From NCBI GenBank assembly GCA_945787125.1, contig CALZHW010000004.1:3139-63451 (forward strand): a stretch of 60,313 nucleotides of DNA, read 5' to 3'. Shown here one piece after another: positions 52,120 through 60,313 of the stretch. The DNA is from an uncultured Ectothiorhodospiraceae bacterium (GTDB lineage: Bacteria; Pseudomonadota; Gammaproteobacteria; S012-40). A program made the position numbers and the translations under genes. The first letter of the stretch is position 1. The number at the start of each line of letters is the position of its first letter. Below the pieces are notes generated by a model, which did no database searches, had not been told where the DNA came from, and saw nothing but the letters and a program-made list of their open reading frames with translations.

Positions 52120-55100
52120 TCAACTGTCACTTAAACCAAGTAGTTTGGCATTTCCTCCTACTGCAGAGGTATTGATACTGACCGTTTTCTCAACACAGAA
52201 ACGCGGTAGGTAATGTGGGCCGCCGGCTTTAGGGCCTGTGCCTGAGAGCCCCTCTCCGCCAAAAGGCTGAGCTCCGACAACCGCGCCAATCATATTTCGA
52301 TTAACGTAGATATTTCCAATATTGACATTATTCGTAATTAAATTAATCGTTTCATCGATGCGACTATGGATGCCAAGTGTCAGGCCGTAACCCAGTGCGT
52401 TAATACCCTCAACGATGTCAGCGAGAGCCGATTGCTGGTAACTCAGTATGTGTAAAAAAGGCCCAAACTGCTCTGTTTCAAGTTCCGCTAGTTGGTTAAT
52501 TTTAAAAACACACGGGCTTACATAATGGCCGACAAGTGCTGGATCGATGGGTAGTTGGTAGATAAGTTTTTTGTTGGCGGTCATTTTTTGTTGATAGTCG
52601 ATTAATGTTTGTTTCGCGCTGGCATTAATCACCGGTGGCACATCGCTTTCAATATTATCTGGCGGTCCAACAATGAGCTGCTGCATGGCATTAATCAGTA
52701 AATCTATGATGTCTTTCTCTATATCTTGCTGGATAATCAATACCCGCAATGCCGAGCAACGTTGACCCGCGCTGTAAAAGGCTGAGGTGATAACATCTTT
52801 AACAACTTGTTGGGCTAGGGCTGAGCTGTCGACTATCATAACGTTTTGCCCACCCGTTTCCGCGATAAGCGGTGCGATGGCCGCGCGGCGGCTGGCTAAT
52901 GTTTGGTTGATTCGCCAGGCAACATTCACCGAGCCGGTAAAGGCGACACCAGCAATTCGCGGGTCTTTCAATATCACGGCTTCGAATAAAGATGATTTGC
53001 ACGGCAGGTAAAAGATATGTTTCTTACTTGCCCCGGCTTGCAGTAATAATTGTATTGTGAAATAACCTATCAAGCAGGTATTACTTGAAGGTTTTGCGAT
53101 AATGCTATTGCCACTGATAAAAGCGGCAACGATTTGCCCGGTGAAAATCGCCAATGGGAAATTCCATGGACTAATGCATGCAAAAATTCCCCGGCCATGT
53201 AACTGAAGTTGATTTTTTTCGCCAGTGGGTCCTGGCAATTGAACAGGCTTTTCGAACAAAGTCCTGGCCTGTTCGATGTAGTAATGGCAAAAATCAATAG
53301 CCTCTCTCAGTTCCGCAATGGCATCACTTAAGGTCTTGCCTGCTTCATAGATGCAGAGCGCATACAATTCTGTCGCGTGCTGTTGCAGTAATACAGAGAA
53401 ATTCTCAATGATCTCTATCCGTTGTTGAATTGCTGTATTCTTCCAGTAAACCATATTTTTTTCTGCCTCGCCCAGAACTTGCAATATATCTGCTTCCGCC
53501 GCAAATTGAATTTTTCCGATGAGTATCGCATTGAACGGGCTCATGACAGATTGCGTGAGATTCTGACATTCGTGTTTTCCAATTATTGGTTTAGCTTCCC
53601 AGATTTTAGGTGTGTGCTTTATTTCATCTGATAGCTTAGCAAGTTGTTGGTAGTCGCTGAGATTAATGCCATGAGAGTTTTTTCGAGTGGCGATAAATAA
53701 GTTTTTTGGCAATGGGACGTGTGGGTTCGTCATCTGATTTTGTCGCTGCAACTTTTCCACAGGATCTTCGATAATTTTATGCAGTGGAATTTTTTTATCT
53801 TCAATTCTATGAACGAATGATGTATTTGCACCATTCTCCAGTAGTCTGCGTACCAGATAAGGCAGCAGATCTTCGTAATTTCCAACCGGTGCATAAATAC
53901 GACAAGGGAAATCATTAATAATGTGCCTGTAAAGTGACTCACCCATGCCGTGCAAGCGCTGAAATTCATAGGCGGTAATGTTTTGGGTATTGGCTAATTC
54001 AATAATTGTTGCGATGGTGTAGGCGTTATGGGTGGCGAACTGTGGATAAAAATAGGCCGCATTTTGCAATAAATATTTTGCGCATGCCATGTAAGCGATG
54101 TCAGTGTTCACCTTGCGAGTAAATACAGGATAATCGCTCAGTCCTTTTTCTTGCGCCTGTTTGATTTCAGTATCCCAGTACGCGCCTTTCACTAACCTTA
54201 AAGGAATTTTAATGTGACATTCTTGTGCAAGCAGTTGTAGCCAGTTAAGTACATAATAGGCGCGTTTTTGGTAGGCTTGCACGGCAAGGCCAAAACCATT
54301 CCAGCCTACTAATTGCTTGTCAGTCAGAACTAACTCGAAGATATCCAAGGTCATATCAAGCCGTTCTGCTTCTTCAGCATCCACGGTAATTGCAACATCC
54401 AACGATTTAGCAAGCAAAGCCAGTTCTTTTACTTTCGGCAAAAGATTTTGTATCACGCTATCATATTGACTGACTTCAAAGCGTGGATGTAGCGCCGAAA
54501 GTTTGATAGACAAGCTGGGTGCCTGATAGATGTTATCATAGTCTTTTCGGCTATCACCAAGACGCTTGAGTGCATCGAAATAAGCCGCAAAATAACGTTC
54601 AGTATCACGTTTGCAAAGTGCTGCTTCGCCGAGCATGTCATACGAGAACCGATAGTTCTGGTGGAAATGTTTTTTGCTGCGTTCAATGGCTTTATTAATG
54701 TCAGTTTGCATCACAAACTGAGAGCCCATGATGCGCATGGCTTGTTTCAAAACGGTTCTGAAAATAGGCTCCCCCAGTTGATTGACAACTTTGCTGAGTA
54801 TTTCCCAGGGTTTTTTATCATCGGAATAATTTTGTAAAATTTTTCCGGACAGCATTAAACCCCAGGTTGAAGCATTAACAAACAACGATTGACTTCGGCC
54901 TAAATGCTGCCTCCACTTTGTTGTGGTGATTTTATCTTTGATTAGCTTGTCGGCTGTTTCAGCATCTGGGATGCGCAATAAAGCTTCAGCCAAGCACATT
55001 AGAACAGTACCTTCCTCTGATGTGAGGTCATATTGGTGCATAAATGCCTCAATCGTGCCTTGTTGTTTATGCGATGAGCGTACGGTCTCCACCAGGTCGC

Positions 55101-55248
55101 TAGCACGAAATTGAATCTCATAGACTACTGCGGAGGAATTTTCAGCGATTTCTGCCAACATGGAGACCACGCTAGCTTCATCCGCCAAGTAATTGGTATT
55201 AATTTTGTGTCTAGATTCAGAATTTAGGAAAGGTTTATGCTTTATCAT
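52120..55248 (-). CDS. putA: bifunctional proline dehydrogenase / L-glutamate-gamma-semialdehyde dehydrogenase
   Basis: 1042 aa. Proline dehydrogenase barrel (FSYDMLGEAA, RLVKGAYWD) and aldehyde dehydrogenase half (FTGS, IAETGGQNVMIVD, SAGQRCSALRVL). Confidence 0.92.
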   Translation of the reverse strand: MIKHKPFLNSESRHKINTNYLADEASVVSMLAEIAENSSAVVYEIQFRASDLVETVRSSHKQQGTIEAFMHQYDLTSEEGTVLMCLAEALLRIPDAETADKLIKDKITTTKWRQHLGRSQSLFVNASTWGLMLSGKILQNYSDDKKPWEILSKVVNQLGEPIFRTVLKQAMRIMGSQFVMQTDINKAIERSKKHFHQNYRFSYDMLGEAALCKRDTERYFAAYFDALKRLGDSRKDYDNIYQAPSLSIKLSALHPRFEVSQYDSVIQNLLPKVKELALLAKSLDVAITVDAEEAERLDMTLDIFELVLTDKQLVGWNGFGLAVQAYQKRAYYVLNWLQLLAQECHIKIPLRLVKGAYWDTEIKQAQEKGLSDYPVFTRKVNTDIAYMACAKYLLQNAAYFYPQFATHNAYTIATIIELANTQNITAYEFQRLHGMGESLYRHIINDFPCRIYAPVGNYEDLLPYLVRRLLENGANTSFVHRIEDKKIPLHKIIEDPVEKLQRQNQMTNPHVPLPKNLFIATRKNSHGINLSDYQQLAKLSDEIKHTPKIWEAKPIIGKHECQNLTQSVMSPFNAILIGKIQFAAEADILQVLGEAEKNMVYWKNTAIQQRIEIIENFSVLLQQHATELYALCIYEAGKTLSDAIAELREAIDFCHYYIEQARTLFEKPVQLPGPTGEKNQLQLHGRGIFACISPWNFPLAIFTGQIVAAFISGNSIIAKPSSNTCLIGYFTIQLLLQAGASKKHIFYLPCKSSLFEAVILKDPRIAGVAFTGSVNVAWRINQTLASRRAAIAPLIAETGGQNVMIVDSSALAQQVVKDVITSAFYSAGQRCSALRVLIIQQDIEKDIIDLLINAMQQLIVGPPDNIESDVPPVINASAKQTLIDYQQKMTANKKLIYQLPIDPALVGHYVSPCVFKINQLAELETEQFGPFLHILSYQQSALADIVEGINALGYGLTLGIHSRIDETINLITNNVNIGNIYVNRNMIGAVVGAQPFGGEGLSGTGPKAGGPHYLPRFCVEKTVSINTSAVGGNAKLLGLSDS

Positions 55249-55280
55249 TGCTGTTGAGCTCTACTTTATGATAACCAATT

Positions 55281-56201
55281 ATGCCAAAAACGATAGATTT
55301 AAAGAGTATTGATATTTATGGGGTAGCATCCTGCATCGGTGCGCAAAATGTTGGCTGCGATGCGGCACCACGTTTGTTGCAATCGTTAGATGTAACACAA
55401 GTGCTAGCACAACAAAACCTCAATGCTAAATGGGTTAAGACGATAGCGGTGGATCAGCCGGCGTTAGCATCAGTCGATAAATATAACATTATCGCTGAAG
55501 TTTGCACGCAGTTGGCCCAACAAGTGGCTTATTCGATAAAACAGTCACATTGGTTTTTGACGATTGGCGGTGATCATTCATGCGCGATTGGCACATGGAG
55601 TGGTGCCGCGACGGCTTTGGTGGCGCAAGGTGATATTGGTCTAGTATGGATTGATGCACACATGGACGCGCATACCGCTGAAACAAGTCCCAGTGGTGCC
55701 ATTCATGGAATGCCAGTGGCCAGTTTGCTGGGATATGGCGCCAGAGAATTGACGGGCATTGCATCAACTCATGTCAAAATCAAAGCAGAAAATATTTGTT
55801 TGATCGGTGTGCGCAGTTATGAACCTGCAGAGCTGGAGTTACTAAACCGACTTGGCGTCAAAGTATATATGATCGATGAAGTGAGGCAGCGTGGTTTGCA
55901 TGTTGTTTTCAACGAAGCGATTAATTTGGTCAAGCAGAACACATGTGCTTACGGTATATCTTTAGATATGGATGCTATCGACCCGCAAGATGCGCCAGGT
56001 GTGGGTTCGCCTGAAATTAACGGTATTAAAGCCAAAGAGTTACTCGCCGTTTTTGCCGCAATGAATCTAGATCACAGTTTTCTTGGTTTTGAGCTGACTG
56101 AATTAAATACGGTCGAAGATATCGATGCTAAAACGACAAACTTAGCGCTTGATATTATTCAGGCTGTTTTTACTAATGGACAATGTTATGGGAATTATTG
56201 A
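55281..56201 (+). CDS. rocF: arginase-family ureohydrolase (probable arginase)
   Basis: 306 aa. Mn-binding motifs IGGDHSCAIG, WIDAHMDAHT and ISLDMDAIDP. Translationally coupled to the ornithine aminotransferase gene. Confidence 0.75.
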   Translation: MPKTIDLKSIDIYGVASCIGAQNVGCDAAPRLLQSLDVTQVLAQQNLNAKWVKTIAVDQPALASVDKYNIIAEVCTQLAQQVAYSIKQSHWFLTIGGDHSCAIGTWSGAATALVAQGDIGLVWIDAHMDAHTAETSPSGAIHGMPVASLLGYGARELTGIASTHVKIKAENICLIGVRSYEPAELELLNRLGVKVYMIDEVRQRGLHVVFNEAINLVKQNTCAYGISLDMDAIDPQDAPGVGSPEINGIKAKELLAVFAAMNLDHSFLGFELTELNTVEDIDAKTTNLALDIIQAVFTNGQCYGNY

Positions 56202-57387
56202 ACAAGAAAATCGCTATTGCGCACAGAACTATAAACCCTTGCCGGTGGTATTAGTGCGTGGCCGTGGGGTTTATGTTTGGGATGAAGACGGCAAGCGCTA
56301 TTACGATATGATGAGTGCTTATTCGGCTGTTAGCCATGGTCATTTACATCCGCAATTGGTGGCTGCGTTAACGTCTCAGTTGAGTCGGCTATCTGTGGTT
56401 TCACGCGCATTTTATACCGATAATTTAGCGCCGTTTCTCGAAAAAGCCTGCACCTTGTCGGGCATGGATAAAGCATTGCCGATGAATACTGGAGCTGAGG
56501 CGGTGGAAACTGCTATTAAAGCTGCGCGTAAATGGGCGTACTCAGTTAAGGGGGTAGAAAAAGATAAAGCGGAAATCATTACCTGTGAAGGCAATTTTCA
56601 CGGCCGCACAATTTCTATTGTGGCATTCTCATCAGAGCAACAATACAAGGCAGGTTTTGGTCCCTTTCCAGCAGGTTTTAAAAATGTACCCTTCAATGAT
56701 GCGGCTGCACTAGAGGCGGCTATCACAGATAATACGGCGGCATTTCTGGTTGAGCCAATTCAAGGCGAAGGCGGCATTATTGTGCCTGATGACGGTTACT
56801 TAAAAGCGTGTGCAGAAATTTGTCGCAAACACAATGTGTTGCTTATTTGCGATGAAATCCAGACCGGATTAGGGCGCACAGGAAAACTCTTTGCTGTGGA
56901 TCATGACGCCGTAAAACCGGATGGATTGATTCTCGGTAAAGCGCTAGGTGGCGGTCTGTTACCGGTGTCTTTGTTTCTCAGTCGTAAAGATGTGATGGAT
57001 GTTTTTACCCCTGGCGATCATGGCAGCACGTTTGGTGGCAACCCGCTCGCCTGTGCGGTGGGACTGGAAGCACTAAGTTTGACCGTTGAGCAACAACTGC
57101 CGGAAGCGGCCGCGAAACTGGGTCTTTATTTTATGCAAGCACTGCAGAATATACAAAGCCCGATAATTAAAACGGTGCGTGGTAAAGGTTTACTAATTGG
57201 CGTAGAAGTAAATGCTGACCTTGCCAGTGCGCGCGAGATCTGTGAAGCACTCATGCAAAAAGGCATTTTAACCAAAGAAACCCACGAAACTGTTATTCGT
57301 TTCGCGCCGCCTCTTGTTATTAGCAAAGCAGAGTTGAATTCTGCCATCATTATTATCAAACAAGTGATTGAGGATTTTTCCGGGTAA
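56188..57387 (+). CDS. rocD: ornithine--oxo-acid aminotransferase
   Basis: YCAQNYKPLPVVLVRGRGVYVWDEDGKRYYDMMSAYSAVSHGH and CDEIQTGLGRTGK motifs. ATG 56188 (or 56176) overlaps the arginase stop. The listed ORF begins further upstream. Confidence 0.85.
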   Translation: MGIIEQENRYCAQNYKPLPVVLVRGRGVYVWDEDGKRYYDMMSAYSAVSHGHLHPQLVAALTSQLSRLSVVSRAFYTDNLAPFLEKACTLSGMDKALPMNTGAEAVETAIKAARKWAYSVKGVEKDKAEIITCEGNFHGRTISIVAFSSEQQYKAGFGPFPAGFKNVPFNDAAALEAAITDNTAAFLVEPIQGEGGIIVPDDGYLKACAEICRKHNVLLICDEIQTGLGRTGKLFAVDHDAVKPDGLILGKALGGGLLPVSLFLSRKDVMDVFTPGDHGSTFGGNPLACAVGLEALSLTVEQQLPEAAAKLGLYFMQALQNIQSPIIKTVRGKGLLIGVEVNADLASAREICEALMQKGILTKETHETVIRFAPPLVISKAELNSAIIIIKQVIEDFSG

Positions 57388-57721
57388 AAGAATTCAGGCT
57401 TGATTATCGCGTTATTGTATTTTGACAATGAGTTAAAAAATTTAAATGTCTGGGTTTTAATATGAAAATTTCTAATGGGTATTTACGACGGTTTTTCAGT
57501 TGGCTGCTATAATGGACAATAGCGTAAGAAAAAAACGAGAAGTTGTTGTATAAACAGATATAGTTTGTTTTTTTTGGAGTAAATGCAAATAGCGTTGAAC
57601 ATAATTTGTGTGTCAGGGTCTTAATTTAAATAAGAACTCACAATTATCACATCTTCTTTGGACGACTTTCTTGTCCATGTCAGTAGCAGTTTATCGCATT
57701 ATAAACTTCAGGAGGTGTTCC

Positions 57722-57979
57722 ATGAAAAACAAAGAATGCAGTAGTTGTGGATTTATAGGTCATCCAGTACATGATGAATACGCTAGCTTAGTGCTTGATG
57801 TAGGTATATGGACAGTGTCATTTGTTATTGCAGCAATTACCGGTATTATCTACCTAGCCGTTTTGGGTCCAGTATTTACGGTATGGCACGTGGTAACTTT
57901 CCGCTCTCATCGTTGCCCTAAATGTGGCAACTGGGAGATGCATGGGATTCATGATCACGACCATAATTTGTTGCACTAA
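57722..57979 (+). CDS. LITAF-like zinc-ribbon membrane protein
   Basis: 85 aa from the ATG 6 nt after AGGAGG. CSSC knuckle, ~45-aa hydrophobic hairpin, SHRCPKC knuckle, His-rich tail HGIHDHDHNLLH. Confidence 0.6.
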   Translation: MKNKECSSCGFIGHPVHDEYASLVLDVGIWTVSFVIAAITGIIYLAVLGPVFTVWHVVTFRSHRCPKCGNWEMHGIHDHDHNLLH

Positions 57980-58373
57980 ACTTTACCGTTAATTTCAGAG
58001 ATACCTGATGTTAATTTGCTTAGGCTTTTTGTGCGGCTTGAATGCCGAAAGTTTAGGCAGGGCTTTTCCATGCTCTCGTTGCAGCAGCATAGTATCTACT
58101 CCGCTGCAATTTTTGACGAATTGATACCTGCCTGGGTGAGCACGCCAATTAAAAGGGTTGCTGATAATGCGATTATATATGTTTTGGAATCACGTAACTC
58201 ACGTAACTCACGTAACTATAGTAGTCCTAAATTCATCAGTTGATTGATTAGGGTCATTAATAATTGTGCTTTTCCTGTCTTCACTCACAGGTTGAGCATC
58301 ATGATCTCCAATTGTGAGCTTTTTTAAAAAACCCCGTTTTATCAAGCGATAGGTAGAGTTTTTTTGTTGTTTT

Positions 58374-59693
58374 TTAGTGCGCAATTATTCCATAAAGATC
58401 ATGCTCATCGGAGTTGATGATGGTCACTTCAGCAAATTCACCACTTTGAAATATCTGATCAGTTTCTACCACGACAATTCCATCGATATCCGGTGCATCG
58501 GATTTGCTGCGTGCATTAAATCCGTATTCCGTGATTTCATCAATTAAGACAGTTTCTGTTTTGCCGATTCGGTCTTTTAATTTGTTGGTACTGATCTCCG
58601 CCTGGGTTTGCATAAACATTTCCAGTCGTTCTTGCTTGATGTGTTCTGGAATTTGTCCGGCCAATTCATTGGCTGCGGCTCCCTCAACGGCTGAATAAGC
58701 AAAACAGCCAACACGATCGAGTTGCGCATCCTTTAGAAAATCTAGTAGCAGCTCAAAATCTTGTTCGGTTTCTCCGGGATAACCAGCAATAAAAGTGCTG
58801 CGGATGGTTATGTCCGGGCAGAGGCTGCGCCATTTTTCTATGCGCTGTAAATTATTTTCAGTGCTTGCCGGGCGGCGCATAGATTTCAAAATGGTCGGAC
58901 TGGCATGTTGGAAGGGTATATCTAAATAAGGTAATAATCCGTTGTCCCCCATCAGTGCTACTGCCTCATCAACATGAGGATAAGGATACACATAATGTAA
59001 CCTCGTCCAGGCATTTAGCTGACCCAAGGCTTCGACTAGCTCATAAAAACGGGTCTTAATGGGTTTGCCATTCCAAAAATCCAATTTATATTTAGTGTCT
59101 ACGCCATACGCGGAGGTGTCTTGTGAGATGACGAGTAATTCCTTGACACCTGCATCAACCAATGTTTGCGCTTCAATTAAGACCTCGCCAATGGGGCGAC
59201 TGACTAAATCACCACGTAACGCGGGAATGATGCAAAAGCGACAGCGATGATTACAACCTTCGGAAATTTTAAGGTAAGCATAGTGCTTCGGTGTTAATTT
59301 AATACCTTGTGGCGGTATCAAGCTGGTATAAGGGTCATGTGCGGGCGGTAAATGCTGGTGTACCACATTCATCACGTCTTGTTTGGCATGTGGTCCGGTC
59401 ACGGCGAGTACTTTAGGGAATTTTGTTTTTACGATGTCGCCTTTTGCGCCAAGGCAACCAGTGACGATGACTTTACCATTTTCATCCAGCGCTTCGCCTA
59501 TCGCATCCAGGGATTCTTCGACCGCATCGTCAATAAAACCGCAGGTATTAACCACAACGATGTCAGCGCTTGCGTAATCAGGAACAATTTCATAGCCTTC
59601 TGCGCGCAATTGAGTAATAATTTGTTCAGAGTCTACTAATGCTTTAGGGCAACCGAGGCTGACAAAGCCAACTTTTCCAGGATCTGCTTTCAT
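58374..59693 (-). CDS. rimO: ribosomal protein S12 methylthiotransferase
   Basis: 439 aa. [17 protein letters not shown]-terminal cluster region, radical-SAM [12 protein letters not shown], and a C-terminal TRAM domain. Confidence 0.93.
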   Translation of the reverse strand: MKADPGKVGFVSLGCPKALVDSEQIITQLRAEGYEIVPDYASADIVVVNTCGFIDDAVEESLDAIGEALDENGKVIVTGCLGAKGDIVKTKFPKVLAVTGPHAKQDVMNVVHQHLPPAHDPYTSLIPPQGIKLTPKHYAYLKISEGCNHRCRFCIIPALRGDLVSRPIGEVLIEAQTLVDAGVKELLVISQDTSAYGVDTKYKLDFWNGKPIKTRFYELVEALGQLNAWTRLHYVYPYPHVDEAVALMGDNGLLPYLDIPFQHASPTILKSMRRPASTENNLQRIEKWRSLCPDITIRSTFIAGYPGETEQDFELLLDFLKDAQLDRVGCFAYSAVEGAAANELAGQIPEHIKQERLEMFMQTQAEISTNKLKDRIGKTETVLIDEITEYGFNARSKSDAPDIDGIVVVETDQIFQSGEFAEVTIINSDEHDLYGIIAH

Positions 59694-59831
59694 TTCAAGT
59701 CTTTATGCTTCACAAATAACCGTATTGTAACCGTTTATTGCTAGACTGCGTATGATTTTGTTAGATTACGCGTATTCAATAGGAATTAAGAATATGATTA
59801 AAATATACTCTACCATAGGCGGGGTTCGCTA

Positions 59832-60313
59832 GTGCGTCAAACGTTATACATAATCTGTCTTGTTCTCGGCAGTATCATTAGCGGTTGTGGTGGGCCCGGC
59901 GGTGGTGATGCCGTACCGGTTTCTGCCGCACAAGTTGCGGAGAGAATAGATGCACGTATCTCAACGGCCGATTCTGCGCTCGATAACCTGTCGAATGATT
60001 TGGACAAAGGCTTGGTGCGTAATGCACTCTTGCTTAAAGAATATGCACGCATATCCATAGAGCAAAATCCCGCACTCGCAAGTTTAGTGACTAACCTGGC
60101 AAAGGATGCCAGCGCCGAAGGTGCGCAATTCCAGAATTTACGCAATCGCCTCACGCAAGTAAAAAATAAGCCGGATTTTTTCGAAAGTCCGATAGCGCGT
60201 TATCAGGAAGTGAACGCCATTATTTCAGCCGCCACTCCGGAGAATTTTAATTACGCCTTGATTGATGTGGTGAATGTGTTGGCCGATATGTCTGCGGGCA
60301 AGCTACCACGCAT
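59832..60313 (+). CDS. lipoprotein of unknown function, 3' end cut by window edge
   Basis: GTG start 7 nt after AGGCGGGG. The frame is open to the window end. Translation: VRQTLYIICLVLGSIISGCGGPGGGD (lipobox ISGC), then a helical sequence. The listed minus-strand ORF 59837..60154 is its mirror. Confidence 0.6.
   Translation, partial: MRQTLYIICLVLGSIISGCGGPGGGDAVPVSAAQVAERIDARISTADSALDNLSNDLDKGLVRNALLLKEYARISIEQNPALASLVTNLAKDASAEGAQFQNLRNRLTQVKNKPDFFESPIARYQEVNAIISAATPENFNYALIDVVNVLADMSAGKLPR

Noticed and set aside
58191-58217. 9-bp tandem repeat CACGTAACT x3 inside the listed ORF 58016-58243.
   Set aside because: This is a real but tiny microsatellite in the rimO 3' flank. The surrounding 75-aa ORF has no SD sequence or recognisable features and is probably non-coding. 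I see no functional implication beyond possible length polymorphism.
59837-60154. 105-aa minus-strand ORF at the right edge.
   Set aside because: The plus strand is open from GTG 59832 to the window end. It encodes a textbook lipoprotein signal (LVLGSIISGC) with an SD sequence. The minus ORF is Ala/Ser/Arg-rich with no start context.

Overview
This is about 60 kb of an AT-rich, Gammaproteobacteria-like chromosome. I saw no rRNA, tRNA, CRISPR array, transposase, integrase or phage genes. Much of it is ordinary housekeeping: thiD-thiE, hemL, dgkA, ilvA, rpiA, trpG-trpD-trpC, rimO, and a putA / arginase / ornithine-aminotransferase catabolic module. There is also a GldA/F/G-type ABC-2 exporter with a DUF4340 partner, and a Fur-box-controlled Fe(3+) ABC importer. 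Intergenic space holds at least four families of short palindromic MITE-like repeats, some nested.

The main candidate is a ~16 kb respiratory island (about 16.9-33.1 kb, all on the + strand, five transcription units, four of them closed by clear terminators). It is assembled from duplicated and rearranged parts of a C-family (cbb3-type) heme-copper oxidase:
- a full-length CcoN-like subunit with all canonical ligands;
- an extended CcoO-like cytochrome and two further FixO-like monoheme cytochromes;
- a 180-aa four-helix mini-CcoN;
- two heme-less FixP-N-terminal-like proteins;
- CcoS-, CcoG- and FixH-like assembly factors and a TlpA-like thiol-disulfide oxidoreductase;
- embedded in the same tightly coupled operon, a membrane-anchored FGE/SUMF1-like protein and an 870-aa fused MFS/spermidine-synthase/TPR protein.

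The second candidate is a MotA/MotB-like ion-driven stator pair (12.7-14.5 kb). Its MotB-like subunit carries a periplasmic vWA domain where the peptidoglycan-binding domain would normally be. Its MotA-like subunit carries a cytoplasmic coiled-coil tail. A bactofilin gene lies next to the pair.

Other points of interest: two ankyrin lipoproteins flanking a triheme c7-type cytochrome, a bacterial LITAF-like zinc-ribbon membrane protein, and several unlisted small hydrophobic ORFs with good Shine-Dalgarno (SD) sequences.

All functional calls rest on motifs read from the translations. No database search was possible.
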